Shown here: in pieces, positions 1-10,442 of the stretch
Position numbering within the stretch: position 1 is the first letter of the stretch
Layout: every line of letters begins with the position of its first letter
Origin: Chloroflexota bacterium
GTDB taxonomy: Bacteria > Chloroflexota > Dehalococcoidia > UBA2979
Length of the DNA: 64,000 nt
Reading direction: 5' to 3'
NCBI GenBank assembly: GCA_027593235.1
Contig: JAQCIU010000005.1
Span: forward strand, 70,129-134,128
Position numbers and translations under genes: made by a program
Notes under the pieces: generated by a model
Told to the model about the DNA's origin: nothing
What the model saw: only the letters and a program-made list of their open reading frames with translations
The model's database searches: none

Positions 1-1294
1 GCAGCGCCGCGGCCTCGAACTGTCCCCCGACCCGCGCGCGGGCGCTCGGCAGCATCAGACGCACCATCAACGCGGACCCCATCGCGGCGTGCACCAACAG
101 CAGTGCGAACGCGCCATCGCGCTCGGCGACTCGAAGCCCTGAGGCGAGCACGACCGGGATACAGAGGGGGAGCAACAGCGCCGCCTCCACCGCGGTTGCC
201 ATCCAGCCGCGCAGCGGCGCGACAAGCATCGCGCCGACGAACCCCAGCGGGAGCGCGATCGCCAGCGCGCCCACGGCGACCAGCAGCGAGTACCGCAGCG
301 CCGCCGCCGGCTCCAGCTCGAACGGGCGCGCATCCGCGAACACCGCCGACACGTTCGCGCCGGTGACCTGCTCAGCCGCGCCGAGGGTGAACGCGCCGTG
401 GCCAAGCGCCAGCAGCGGTCCCACCGTCACCATCGCCGCCAGGAGGAACGCGAGCCCGAGCAACACGCGGTCACGGATGGCCAACGATCCAGCCGGTTGG
501 AATCCGACCGCCCCCAGCGTTCCGTGCTGAGCCGGCCGCAGGCGAACGAACACCGCCAGCGCTATCACCGCGATCGCCGCCAGCAGCAGGCTCGCGGCCG
601 CGCTACTCGTGGTGCCGATCGCGGCGCCGCTCGTTCCGAGCGCGAGCTCCGGGAGCGCCAACCTCGAGGGCGGCGCGAGCACGTAAGCGCTGGCGACGGC
701 GCTCAGCGCGAGGGCGAACGCCAGCACCCACGACGCTGCGAACGCGCGCCGCAGCGCGGGCACGTAGTGCCACCGCACGAGCTGCACGAACGGCAGCCCG
801 AGCGTGCGTGCGGTCTCCGTCTCCCGCGGATCGAGCGCCAGCCAGGCCGCGCCGCCCAGCCGCACGCCGATCGCGAGCCCAAACCCCGCGTTCGCCACCA
901 CCAGCAGCGGCCAACTCGGGCCCAGCAGCCAGGCAGCACCCAGCGCCACCGCGAGGCCCGGCGTCACGATCGGCAGCGTCAGCAACGCCCGCACCAGCCG
1001 TCGCGCCGGAACCGCCAGCCGCGCGAGCGCCCAGCCGAGCGGAACCGACAACGCGACACCCGCCGTCGCCGCGAGCACGGCTTGCCAGATGCTCGACCAT
1101 GCCGCCTCGAACACGGCCCTGGACCACGCGTCACGGGTTGCCGCTTCATTGATCAGCGGAACCAGCGGCCAGAGCAGCAGCGCCGCCAGTCCCAGGCCGA
1201 ACAGCGCACGCACCCCGGCCGGCAACGCGCGCGCGGACGCCTGGCGCGCCAGCGACCGGTCGATGTCAGGGCTGCGGGGGGCCACGGCGGTCAC
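1..1294 (-). CDS. ABC transporter permease (ThiP/FbpB-like, two permease repeats); 3' end lies outside the window
   Basis: Not in the ORF track; translated by hand from GTG at 1294, which overlaps the upstream stop (GTGA). It reads VTAVAPRS...LFGLGLAALLLWPLV..., with hydrophobic segments and EAA-like motifs LDPRETETARTLG and QFEAAAL. Confidence 0.75.
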   Translation of the reverse strand, partial: MTAVAPRSPDIDRSLARQASARALPAGVRALFGLGLAALLLWPLVPLINEAATRDAWSRAVFEAAWSSIWQAVLAATAGVALSVPLGWALARLAVPARRLVRALLTLPIVTPGLAVALGAAWLLGPSWPLLVVANAGFGLAIGVRLGGAAWLALDPRETETARTLGLPFVQLVRWHYVPALRRAFAASWVLAFALALSAVASAYVLAPPSRLALPELALGTSGAAIGTTSSAAASLLLAAIAVIALAVFVRLRPAQHGTLGAVGFQPAGSLAIRDRVLLGLAFLLAAMVTVGPLLALGHGAFTLGAAEQVTGANVSAVFADARPFELEPAAALRYSLLVAVGALAIALPLGFVGAMLVAPLRGWMATAVEAALLLPLCIPVVLASGLRVAERDGAFALLLVHAAMGSALMVRLMLPSARARVGGQFEAAAL

Positions 1295-2076
1295 GGCGCC
1301 ATCCTAGGGCTACCCGCCCCACCGGCGCGGTCCTCCGTGAAATCGACGATCAGCGCGGCGTGATCGCTGAGCGCCTCGCGTCGCCCGGATCGCTGACCTC
1401 GTGGATGCCCCCACGCGTACCGCGCTCGCTCCAGTCGCGCTCCCAGCGCCCCGTTCACGAACGCCTGATCCAGCCGGAACCCGTTGCCGCCGTTCGGCGA
1501 GAACCACGTGTACGTGCGCCGCTGCCCGTGCAACGCACGGAACGCATCGGCCCAGCCGGCCCGATCGAGATCCTCGATCCAGGCATCCTCCACCCGATCG
1601 AACGCCGGAACCTGCTCGTCGATGCCGATCCGGCCGGAGTTCGTGTCGCCGATCAGCAACGCCGGGCCGTCCCGCCACCCCTGCGCAACGGCCAACGCCG
1701 AGGAGAGATAGTCGCCCTTGCGTCCGGTCACCCGGTTCGGTACGTGCATCGCGCCCAGCGTGAGCGGGAGGGGTGCCGCGACCCCCGCAAGCAGCCAGCG
1801 GCGCGATTCACTCGGTGCCCCCGCGATCGCTTGCCGTTCCAACGGCCAGCGGGACGCCACCAGCAGCGAATTCACCGCTGGCGTTTCCTGATCCGCCGTC
1901 GTGTGCTGGAAGCGCAGACCGCGCCGTGCCAGCTCCTCCGCCAGCCAGACGCTGGGCGGGGTACCTCGAAACTCACTGAGCGCGAGGACGTCCGGACGCC
2001 AGCGACGCAGTTGATCGGCGATCGCCTCGATCCGTCGACCACCGCCGGCGCGAATGTTCCAGCCGATGACCCGCAC
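1291..2076 (-). CDS. Endonuclease/exonuclease/phosphatase family protein (exonuclease III-like)
   Basis: Motifs WNI, LSE, GDTN, YTW, RLD and SDH. Confidence 0.85.
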   Translation of the reverse strand: MRVIGWNIRAGGGRRIEAIADQLRRWRPDVLALSEFRGTPPSVWLAEELARRGLRFQHTTADQETPAVNSLLVASRWPLERQAIAGAPSESRRWLLAGVAAPLPLTLGAMHVPNRVTGRKGDYLSSALAVAQGWRDGPALLIGDTNSGRIGIDEQVPAFDRVEDAWIEDLDRAGWADAFRALHGQRRTYTWFSPNGGNGFRLDQAFVNGALGARLERARYAWGHPRGQRSGRREALSDHAALIVDFTEDRAGGAGSPRMAP

Positions 2077-2094
2077 CCGTTGCGGCCTCGGCCC

Positions 2095-3258
2095 CTACAC
2101 GCGCCCGGCGTCGAACTCGATCCGGCCGCGCGAGATATTCAAGCGCAGGATGTCGGATGCGCCGCCGGTGAAACGCGACGAGCGGATCTCCCGATACGCG
2201 CGCTCCAGTGGATGGCCCTCCACCAGCGCGCCACCACTCGCAAGCTGCACCGCCTGGTCGATCACGAACCCGGCCTGCTCCGTGCAGAAGACCTTCGCCG
2301 CCATCACCTCGTTCACCGCCGCGTCGCCCTGCTCCTCGAACAGCCGTGCGGTGCGGTAAAGCACACTCCGCATCGCGTAGGCGGCGATCCGGATGTCCGC
2401 GTAGCGCAGGCGGATGCCCTCGCGATCGGCGAGGCGTCCGCCAGTGCGGTGTGGCTGCTGGATCTGCCGGTCGACAAAGTCCACGGCCCAGACCGCCAGC
2501 CCAGTCGTTTGCGCCGCGACCGCCAGCCGCTCATGACCAATGTTCCCCAGCGCGCGGGGCATGCCCTCGCCGACCTCGCCAATCACGTGCCACGCCGGGA
2601 CACGCGCCTGCGCGAACGACAGCTCGACGTGCGATCCGCCCTCGAGGCTGTGGAACTCGCGGTCGATCGTCACGCCCGGCGTCTCGCGATCGATGATCAG
2701 CATCGCTGGCCCGGCGGCCTCCGAAGAGCCCTCGGCCGCTTCCACGTTCACCAGCGCCGCGTAGTAGTCCGCGGTCGCTCCGCCGGTCACGAATGACTTG
2801 TGGCCGGTCACCAGCAGATCGTCGCCGTCCCACGTCGCCCACGTCGGCTTGGCGGCCCGCTCGCCGCTCGCCTCGGTGAACGCGAACGCGCCACGCTTCT
2901 CGCCGCGGAGCACGGCATCGAGGTAGTGGTCCTTGAGCTGGCCCTGTGCCGACGCGAGCAGCCCGGGGCCGGGCCCGAAGACGTAGCGCGCCACCCGTAG
3001 GTGCCCTGCCGCCAGCGCCTCGCGCACCGCCGTCTGCGCCAGTACGCCGACCGCCGCGCCGCCGAACTCGATCGGCTGCGTCAGCGACCACATGCCCGCC
3101 TCGCGCGATCGCTCGCGCACCTGTTGGGCGATCTCCGGCGGGATCGGGGCGCGTGGATCCTCGGGCAGCTGCGCCTCCAGCGGCTGGAGTTGCTCGCTGA
3201 CGAGCACCGCCATCCGCTCGCGCAGAACCTCAATCGCCGTAGGGAGTGTTTCGGGCAT
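2095..3258 (-). CDS. Acyl-CoA dehydrogenase
   Basis: Motifs EFGG, AFAFTE, GHKSFVT, AAKVFCTE and ERAYREIR. Confidence 0.92.
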   Translation of the reverse strand: MPETLPTAIEVLRERMAVLVSEQLQPLEAQLPEDPRAPIPPEIAQQVRERSREAGMWSLTQPIEFGGAAVGVLAQTAVREALAAGHLRVARYVFGPGPGLLASAQGQLKDHYLDAVLRGEKRGAFAFTEASGERAAKPTWATWDGDDLLVTGHKSFVTGGATADYYAALVNVEAAEGSSEAAGPAMLIIDRETPGVTIDREFHSLEGGSHVELSFAQARVPAWHVIGEVGEGMPRALGNIGHERLAVAAQTTGLAVWAVDFVDRQIQQPHRTGGRLADREGIRLRYADIRIAAYAMRSVLYRTARLFEEQGDAAVNEVMAAKVFCTEQAGFVIDQAVQLASGGALVEGHPLERAYREIRSSRFTGGASDILRLNISRGRIEFDAGRV

Positions 3259-3299
3259 GGGACACCTCGCCGCTGGAGGCTACAGCCGAGGTGCCGTCG

Positions 3300-4949
3300 C
3301 TATCCAGCCTCGCCCAGTGAAGAGGCGATTTCGTCCACCAGCGCGCTCAATTCCTGCGACGCATCGAGCGCGAGATGGGTCCCCTCGGCCGCGCCGATAG
3401 GCTCAAACATCGCGGCCTGCGCGGCGAACACCGCCGCCGTCGCATCGGAGGTCGCCAGCGGATCCGTGCCCCGCTCGGCGATCCGCGCCAACGCCACCGC
3501 ATCCGTGATCCGTAGCTCCGCGATCAGCGCCGGCACCCCGGCCGCGCGCGCCACCGCGATCGCCGCTGCCCGGTCGCCCGCACGCGAATGCGTCGCGTCC
3601 AGGACCACCGGCCGCCCGGCCGCGAAATGCGTCGCCGCGCGGACCCGCATCTCCTCATACGTTCGCTCGTTCATCGCCGCGCCGTAGACCTCGGCGGTCC
3701 GATCCGGCGGCACGTGCTCACGAGGCGGCAGCCCGACCAACTCCTTGCGCACGACGTCGGAGGACACGTACGCGGCGCCGATCCGCGCCGCCAGCGCCGC
3801 GCCGACCGTCGATTTGCCCGTACCGGAACGCCCCGCCAGCACCACAAGCAGCGGTTTCGAGGCGCGATCGGCAAACTTGGACGCCAGCGCGAAGTACCGC
3901 CGCGCCGACTCTGCAAGCGCCCGCTGCTGCTCCGCCGATACCTCGGGTGCGTGCGCGCCCATCGACTCGACCTTGCCTCGGACGAACGCGCGAAACGCGC
4001 GGTGCACCGGCTGCAACACCGGCATCGTCTCGTCGCCTACGGCGGCGATGTAGCGGCCCGCCAGCTCGTCACCCAGCTCCGGTCGACCGCGCGCCTCCAG
4101 GTCCATCGCCAGGAAGGCCACGTCGTAGCCGACGTCCAGCAGCCGGAACTGGAACCACTCCGTGAACTCCAGGCAGTCGACGATCACGATCTCGTCGTCG
4201 ATCAGGTAGATGTGCATCGCGTGGAGGTCACCGTGACCGTCGACCACGCGCCCGTCCGCAAGTCGCCGATCGAACAACGCCGACTCACGCTCGATCAGCG
4301 CGTTCACGTAGTTCTTGAGCACGATCGCGTTCGCGGGCTCCCACGTATCGCCGATGAACGGCTCCGCCTCACCCTGTTCGCGAGCCCACCAACTCCGCTC
4401 GGCCTCGCCCCCGGCGAACGCCGGGTCGTTCGGGACCACGGCGGCAGCCGCGTGGAACTCCACCAACTTCGCCGCGAGCAGACGGACGAGCCCCGAGGGC
4501 ACCGCGTCGGCCTCCAGCAGGCTCGCCAGCGTCCGGTCATCCGGGAGCCGCTTCATCTCCACCGCCCACTCCACCATCGTCGCGCCGGCGGGCGGATCGC
4601 CCTCGACGATGCGATGCGAGCCGTCGGCGAGCCGAACGACTGGATGCACGCCAACGTAGGTATCGGGCGCCAGTCGCCGGTTCAGCTCCACCTCGCGCAG
4701 ACAGAACTGGTGGCGCGTCTCGGCGTCGAGCTGATTCACGAATCCGAAGTCGACCGGCTTCTTCGTCTTGAAGACACGCTCATCCGCAAGAAAGACGTAC
4801 GAGATATGCGTCTGGACGAGTCGCACGTTCGAAGGCGCGTGCGGAAACGCCGAGGATGCAAGCAGCGCCTGCACGTACTCCGGCAGAGCATGCATGGCTG
4901 CATCGTCGTCGGCCGAGGGTGGTGGCTCCTCGGGAGCATCCGTGGTCAC
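3300..4949 (-). CDS. Bifunctional aminoglycoside-phosphotransferase-like kinase / AAA_33 P-loop protein
   Basis: QTHISYVFL, GHGDLH, DCLEF and a C-terminal Walker A GRSGTGKS. Start placed at GTG 4949, with TACCGT 6 nt upstream. Confidence 0.85.
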   Translation of the reverse strand: MTTDAPEEPPPSADDDAAMHALPEYVQALLASSAFPHAPSNVRLVQTHISYVFLADERVFKTKKPVDFGFVNQLDAETRHQFCLREVELNRRLAPDTYVGVHPVVRLADGSHRIVEGDPPAGATMVEWAVEMKRLPDDRTLASLLEADAVPSGLVRLLAAKLVEFHAAAAVVPNDPAFAGGEAERSWWAREQGEAEPFIGDTWEPANAIVLKNYVNALIERESALFDRRLADGRVVDGHGDLHAMHIYLIDDEIVIVDCLEFTEWFQFRLLDVGYDVAFLAMDLEARGRPELGDELAGRYIAAVGDETMPVLQPVHRAFRAFVRGKVESMGAHAPEVSAEQQRALAESARRYFALASKFADRASKPLLVVLAGRSGTGKSTVGAALAARIGAAYVSSDVVRKELVGLPPREHVPPDRTAEVYGAAMNERTYEEMRVRAATHFAAGRPVVLDATHSRAGDRAAAIAVARAAGVPALIAELRITDAVALARIAERGTDPLATSDATAAVFAAQAAMFEPIGAAEGTHLALDASQELSALVDEIASSLGEAG

Positions 4950-5056
4950 CGCCGGACGGTAGGGACCCGCCCCCGGCACCGTCAAGCGAGGCCTCGCGCG
5001 GTGGTACGCTGCCACGCCGAACGATGATGATTCGTCAGCAAGGACGGTCGCGCCCG

Positions 5057-5935
5057 ATGTCAGAACCGTGGCAGCACTTCCTGCAATCGCAGCGCCTCAA
5101 ACTCAGCTACTGGACCTGGGGTGACGCCGCCAAACCGCCGCTGATCCTCGTCCACGGCGGGCGCGATCACGCCCGCTCCTGGGACTTCGTCGCCGATCGC
5201 CTCACCGACGCGTACCACGTGCTTGCATGCGATTTGCGCGGGCACGGTGATTCCGAGTGGTCGCGCGGCTCCTACTACGGCACGCCGGAGCACGTGTTGG
5301 ACCTCGTCGCGCTGATCGACCTCGTCGGTGGGCGCGCCACCGTGGTCGGGCACTCCTTCGGCGGCGCGATCACGCTGTTGACCGCCGGCGCGTTCCCGGA
5401 GCGCTTCGAGCGCGTCGTCTCGATCGAGGGCGCTGGCGCCTGGGCCAGCCCCGAGGCGATCACGCCGACCGAGTTCCGCACCTGGGCCAACCAGTCGCGC
5501 GGCACGGAGCATCGCTCGGCCCGCGTCTACCCGACCATCGAGGAGGCCCGCGATCGGATGATCGAGGTGAACCCGCGCCTCACCGCGGAGATGGCGATGC
5601 ACCTCGCCCGCTGGGGTAGCAACGGCATTGATGGCGGTTATGTCTGGAAATTCGACCCCTGGGTCTATGCCCGATCCGCGTTGCACAATCTCCGCTTCGA
5701 TGAACTCGCCGCGCTCTGGGAAGAGCTGTCCGCGCCGGTCCTCCACCTCTCCGGGTCGGAGTCGCGGTTTGGGCGTGACCAGATCAACGGCCGTCCGGTT
5801 GAGTCGTACTTCCCCAACGCAACCGCCGCGACGATTCAGGGTGCCGGGCACTGGGCCCACCACGATCAACTGGATGCGACCGTCGCCGCGATCCGCGGCT
5901 TCCTGGATCTGCCACCAGAGCGATCCGCGGGCTAA
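5057..5935 (+). CDS. Alpha/beta hydrolase
   Basis: HGG, DLRGHGDS, nucleophile elbow GHSFGG and GAGHW. Start placed at ATG 5057, after AAGGA. Confidence 0.9.
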   Translation: MSEPWQHFLQSQRLKLSYWTWGDAAKPPLILVHGGRDHARSWDFVADRLTDAYHVLACDLRGHGDSEWSRGSYYGTPEHVLDLVALIDLVGGRATVVGHSFGGAITLLTAGAFPERFERVVSIEGAGAWASPEAITPTEFRTWANQSRGTEHRSARVYPTIEEARDRMIEVNPRLTAEMAMHLARWGSNGIDGGYVWKFDPWVYARSALHNLRFDELAALWEELSAPVLHLSGSESRFGRDQINGRPVESYFPNATAATIQGAGHWAHHDQLDATVAAIRGFLDLPPERSAG

Positions 5936-6066
5936 CGGCAGGCGCACCGGGCCTGCAAACCGGCCCTCAATCGAATTCACGTTTTTCCTTAGGGAGTTTT
6001 TTGCGGCTGGTCCGTAGACTGGTCCTCGTACCCCTCACCCGATCCATCGAATCCCCAGGAGTGCGG

Positions 6067-7920
6067 ATGGAGCCGGCGACGCCGACGACAGCCGAGAGTC
6101 AGCCCACAACGCCAGATCCGGCGGCCGAATCGGCTGCCGACAGCGGTCCGCGCTGCTTCGAGTGCGGCAGTGATCTGAGCGATGATGCGCGCTACCGCGA
6201 GGTCGGCGTTTGCGGCTCATGTGGAGCACGCATGGCAATCTCAGCCTCCCAGTGGATCGAACTGCTGTTCGATCACAGCTCGTTCGACGAACATTTCGGT
6301 GCCCTGACCACCCCGGACCCGCTGCACTTCTCTGACTCGCGCTCCTACCCGGACCGCCTCGAGGAGGCGCGTGCCAAGAGCGGCGTGGACGAGGCCGTGC
6401 ACACCGGCACTGCCCGTATCGGCGGCATCGATGTCGTGGCGGCCGTCAGTGACTTCCGCTTCATCGGCGGCTCGATGGGCTTCGTCCAGGGCGAACGCGT
6501 GGCGATCGCGATGGATCGCGCTCGCCGGGCCCACCGCCCCTTTGTCACCGTTACCTGCTCCGGTGGTGCGCGCATGCAAGAAGGCATGATCGCGCTGCTC
6601 CAGATGTCCAAGACCACGGCGGCCGCCCAGCGCCTGCACGAGGCCGGCATCCCGATCATCACCATCCTTGCCGACCCGACGACCGGCGGAGTCTTCGCCT
6701 CGTACGCGACGCAGGGCGACATCATCCTCGCCGAATCGGAAGCGCTGATCGGCTTTGCCGGTCCGCGCGTGCGCGCCGTGAAGGACGCCGGCGAGAAGCG
6801 CGAAACGCTCTACGCCGAAGATCTCCTGGAGCACGGCCTCGTCGACGCGGTGCTGCCGCGCGACGCGATGCGCGACCAGCTCATCCGCATCCTCGCGCTG
6901 CTCCGCGCGCCCGTCGCGCCAAACGTCGATCTGCTCCCGCCGCCCGTCGAGGTACGCCACCTGGAGCGCGGCTGGACCGTCGTCGAACGCGCGCGCCACG
7001 AAGATCGCCCGCGCGCGATGCAGTACATCCAGCGCCTGGCCGCCGACTTCGTGCCGCTGCGTGGTGACCGCTCCGGCATCGATGACCCCGCCCTCGTCGG
7101 CGGGCTCGCCCGCGTCGGCGACACCAACTGCGTCGTGATCGCGCAGAGCCGCGGCGACCGTCGCCTCGATGGCGACCATCACGACGGGCGCATGAGCGCG
7201 GCCGGGTACCGCAAGGCGCGACGCCTGATGCAGCTCGCGGATCGGCTGCAGTTGCCGCTGATCACCTTCGTCGATACGCCCGGCGCACACGACGGCATCG
7301 CCGATGAAGCGGCCGGCCTCGCCGGTTCGATCTCCGACTGCCTCGCCGCGATGAGCGCGCTCACCACTCCCTCGGTCGCCGTTGTCATCGGCGAGGGTGG
7401 CTCGGGCGGAGCGCTCGCGCTCACGATGGCCGATCGCATCCTCATGCAGCAGAACGCCATGTACGCCATCACCTCCCCCGAGGGCGCGGCGGCCATCCTC
7501 TTCCGCGATCGCGAACGGGCCCCCGAGGTCGCCGAGGCGCTGGGCGTCTCAGCTGGCGAACTCCAGGCGCTCGGGGTGATCGACGAGGTCGTCCCGGAAC
7601 CCGCGGGTGGCGCGCACGTAGATCCAGAGAGCGCGATCCGGATGCTCGAGCCTGCCGTGCGCCGCGCGCTTGCCGAGGCGATGCGAGGCCGCGGCGCGAA
7701 CCGTCGCCAGCAACGCGAAGATCGTCTGCGTGGATTGGGTGGCGAGAACGGGCCCGGACCGAGCCTGCTCCGCAACATCGGAGACGTGCTGGGTGACGCC
7801 TTCGGCGCCGCCGGTGCCCTCGGCTCGCGTCTCCGGCGCAACCGGGGTCACGCCGAGGACGCGCCAACGGCCGGTGCCGAGACCGCGGCGGTTGCCGCGG
7901 AGTCGGAACCCGTCAGCTAG
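6067..7920 (+). CDS. accDA: Fused acetyl-CoA carboxylase carboxyltransferase beta+alpha (AccD-AccA)
   Basis: The N-half has a CxxC...CxxC Zn finger, GGSMG, SGGARMQEG, PTTGGV and GFAGPRV. The C-half has GYRKARR, VDTPGA, GEGGSGGALA and SPEGAAAIL. Confidence 0.9.
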   Translation: MEPATPTTAESQPTTPDPAAESAADSGPRCFECGSDLSDDARYREVGVCGSCGARMAISASQWIELLFDHSSFDEHFGALTTPDPLHFSDSRSYPDRLEEARAKSGVDEAVHTGTARIGGIDVVAAVSDFRFIGGSMGFVQGERVAIAMDRARRAHRPFVTVTCSGGARMQEGMIALLQMSKTTAAAQRLHEAGIPIITILADPTTGGVFASYATQGDIILAESEALIGFAGPRVRAVKDAGEKRETLYAEDLLEHGLVDAVLPRDAMRDQLIRILALLRAPVAPNVDLLPPPVEVRHLERGWTVVERARHEDRPRAMQYIQRLAADFVPLRGDRSGIDDPALVGGLARVGDTNCVVIAQSRGDRRLDGDHHDGRMSAAGYRKARRLMQLADRLQLPLITFVDTPGAHDGIADEAAGLAGSISDCLAAMSALTTPSVAVVIGEGGSGGALALTMADRILMQQNAMYAITSPEGAAAILFRDRERAPEVAEALGVSAGELQALGVIDEVVPEPAGGAHVDPESAIRMLEPAVRRALAEAMRGRGANRRQQREDRLRGLGGENGPGPSLLRNIGDVLGDAFGAAGALGSRLRRNRGHAEDAPTAGAETAAVAAESEPVS

Positions 7921-10442
7921 TTGTCTCGCTCGTCCGAGTCATCGTCGTCATCGTCGTGGTTGTCCGTCTGACCGGAGACGTTGGCGTCCTCTGACTCCGC
8001 CGGCGCGTAGAGATCGAGCTGCTCCTGGCGGATCTCGTCTCCGAACTCATCCAGCACGCGCTGGAACTCATCGAACTCCCACTCACCGACGAACGTGATC
8101 GCCTTGCCATCGCGACCGGCGCGGCCGGTGCGACCGATGCGGTGCACGTATTCCTCGGCGTTCTGCGGCACATCGAAGTTCACGACGTGCGTGATCTCCG
8201 GGATGTCGAGCCCGCGCGCCGCCACGTTCGTGGCGATCAGGATGTCCAGTTCGCCCGCGCGGAACCGCTCGACGACGCGGTCACGGCGCCGCTGATCCAT
8301 GTCGCCGTGCAGCGCGCCGACGCGCACCCCGCGGCGTTCGAGGTCCTCGGCAACTCGATCGACCCCGCGCTTCATCTTGCAGAAGACGAGCGTTCGGCCC
8401 TTCAGTTCACGACGGACGAGTTCGCGCAGACCAGCGGTCTTGTCCCGCTGTGCGACCTCGATGTAGATCTGCTCGATCGTGTCGACCGTGCTCAACTCGG
8501 CGTCGACCTTGGCGGTCACCGGGTCGTCCATGAACTGCCAGATCAACCGGCGGATCGACGTAGGCATCGTCGCCGAGAAGAGCGCTGTCTGGCGCTGCCG
8601 CGGCGTCCGCCCGAGGATGCGACGGATGTCCGGCAAGAAGCCGATGTCCAGCATCTGATCGGCCTCGTCGAGGACGGCGTAGGTCACGTGCCGCAGGCTC
8701 AAGGTCTCCCGCCGCAGGTGATCGATGATCCGACCGGGCGTGCCAACCACAACCTGCGGTTGTTCGCGGAGGGCGGCGAAGTCCCGCTTCAGCGCGTGCC
8801 CGCCCAGGAGCCCCACGGTCCGCACGCCGTAGGAGCGTCCCAGGTCCGTCAGTACGTCCAGCACCTGCTGCGCCAGCTCGCGCGTCGGCACCAGCACGAT
8901 TGCCTGCACCTCGTCGAGATCGGAATCGATCCGCTCCACCATCGGCAGGCCGAAGGCCAGCGTCTTGCCGCTTCCGGTCTGCGCCAACCCGACGACGTCG
9001 TTGCCGTCGAGCAGTTCCGGGATCGCGCGCGTCTGGATCGGTGTCGGTTCCGTGAACCCCAGCCGAACGATCGCGGCCAGGGATTCATCGCTCAGCCCGA
9101 GGGCCGCGAATGCCGCGGGGACCTCCGCGGCGACCTCGTCGTCGTCCGCCGCCTCGCGGGCGACGATCGCCGGCAGCTCTTCGATCGCCGAGATCGCGTG
9201 GTCGTGATCGACCGGGATCTCGTCGTCCTCTTCGGCTTCCGCACGAGCCAGGGCGGCTTCACGTGCCTCCCGACGCTCGCGCTCACGGCGGCCACCCCGG
9301 CGTCCGCGGCGCCGTCGTGGCGCGTCGTCGCCTTCATCGGTGTCGCTGTCGTCATCATCGTCATCGTCGGAGTCGTCCGCCGAGGCGGTGTCGCGGACCG
9401 CTGGTGCCGCTCGCCCTCGGCGTGGCGCCTCGGTGACGGCCGCGGTCGTGTCGTCGTCCTCGATGTCGGCGTCCCCTGCGAGGTCTGCCGTCACGGGGGT
9501 GTCGTCGCTCTTGTCATCGTCGTTGGCCGCGTCGGCACGTTCGTGCTCTCGCGACCAATCCGGCGTTGAACCGCCGAGGGTGCGCGGAATGCCGCTCAGC
9601 GAGCGGGCGCCGCCAACCATGACGCGCTCGGTCGAGCGGATCCCGCTCGGGCGTCGGCGCCGTGCCGGCAGGATGTCGCCGGCACCGCCGGAGTCGACTG
9701 ATCGGAATGCAACGTCCTCGGGCAGTGGTGCCTCAAGGGATTCACGCGACGGCCGGAAGCCGCGGCGCTGGCCGGCACGCTGCCGGCGCTGATCGAGCTG
9801 GCCACGGTCGCGCTCTCCGCGCGCCACGCCGCCCCACTTGTAGTTGTCTTTCTTCTCACCGCCGTCGCCACGACTGGAGGCGTCTCCGTTGTCCGATCCG
9901 GAGGAACCACCGCGGGTGTTGCGGCTGCCGCTGCGGGCGTTCCGGTCGTTCCCGTTGCGGCCCCCGTCGCCGCCGCTATCGCGGTCTGATTCGCTGCGGT
10001 TCTGGCGTCCCTGGCCGCCGCGCGACCGACCGCCGCGCCCGGAGGCGCTGTCACGGTCCGCTGTGGCGGTCTCCTCGGAGCGTCCCGATCCGGAACGGCG
10101 CCCGCGTGAGTTGCTCTCGCTGCGCTCCGCGACGGCGCTGCCACTGCGTCCACGGTCGTTGCTGCGGTCATCGCGTTGGTTGCGGTCGTCGCCGCCGTTG
10201 GAGTTGCCGGTGTCGCCGGAATTGGTGGCGCCTTCACCGCGGCCCTTGCCGCGCCCGCGCCCGCCGCGTCGCCCGCGGCGTCGACGGCCCTGGCCGCCTT
10301 CGGAACCATCGCTGCTGGTCTGTGTGGTCTCGTTTCGACGCGAATCGGTCGCGGTGCGGTCCGAGGGGGTCTGGGTGGGTTTGGGTGCGGCTGGGGTGGA
10401 TCCACCAAGCAGCCGCCGAACAATGCCGGAAATCGGCGTCAT
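7917..10442 (-). CDS. DEAD-box RNA helicase with a ~440-aa disordered N-terminal extension
   Basis: Q motif PTPIQ, AQTGSGKT, PTRELA, TPGR, DEAD, SAT, ARGLD and HRIGRTGR. Confidence 0.95.
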   Translation of the reverse strand: MTPISGIVRRLLGGSTPAAPKPTQTPSDRTATDSRRNETTQTSSDGSEGGQGRRRRGRRGGRGRGKGRGEGATNSGDTGNSNGGDDRNQRDDRSNDRGRSGSAVAERSESNSRGRRSGSGRSEETATADRDSASGRGGRSRGGQGRQNRSESDRDSGGDGGRNGNDRNARSGSRNTRGGSSGSDNGDASSRGDGGEKKDNYKWGGVARGERDRGQLDQRRQRAGQRRGFRPSRESLEAPLPEDVAFRSVDSGGAGDILPARRRRPSGIRSTERVMVGGARSLSGIPRTLGGSTPDWSREHERADAANDDDKSDDTPVTADLAGDADIEDDDTTAAVTEAPRRGRAAPAVRDTASADDSDDDDDDDSDTDEGDDAPRRRRGRRGGRRERERREAREAALARAEAEEDDEIPVDHDHAISAIEELPAIVAREAADDDEVAAEVPAAFAALGLSDESLAAIVRLGFTEPTPIQTRAIPELLDGNDVVGLAQTGSGKTLAFGLPMVERIDSDLDEVQAIVLVPTRELAQQVLDVLTDLGRSYGVRTVGLLGGHALKRDFAALREQPQVVVGTPGRIIDHLRRETLSLRHVTYAVLDEADQMLDIGFLPDIRRILGRTPRQRQTALFSATMPTSIRRLIWQFMDDPVTAKVDAELSTVDTIEQIYIEVAQRDKTAGLRELVRRELKGRTLVFCKMKRGVDRVAEDLERRGVRVGALHGDMDQRRRDRVVERFRAGELDILIATNVAARGLDIPEITHVVNFDVPQNAEEYVHRIGRTGRAGRDGKAITFVGEWEFDEFQRVLDEFGDEIRQEQLDLYAPAESEDANVSGQTDNHDDDDDDSDERDN

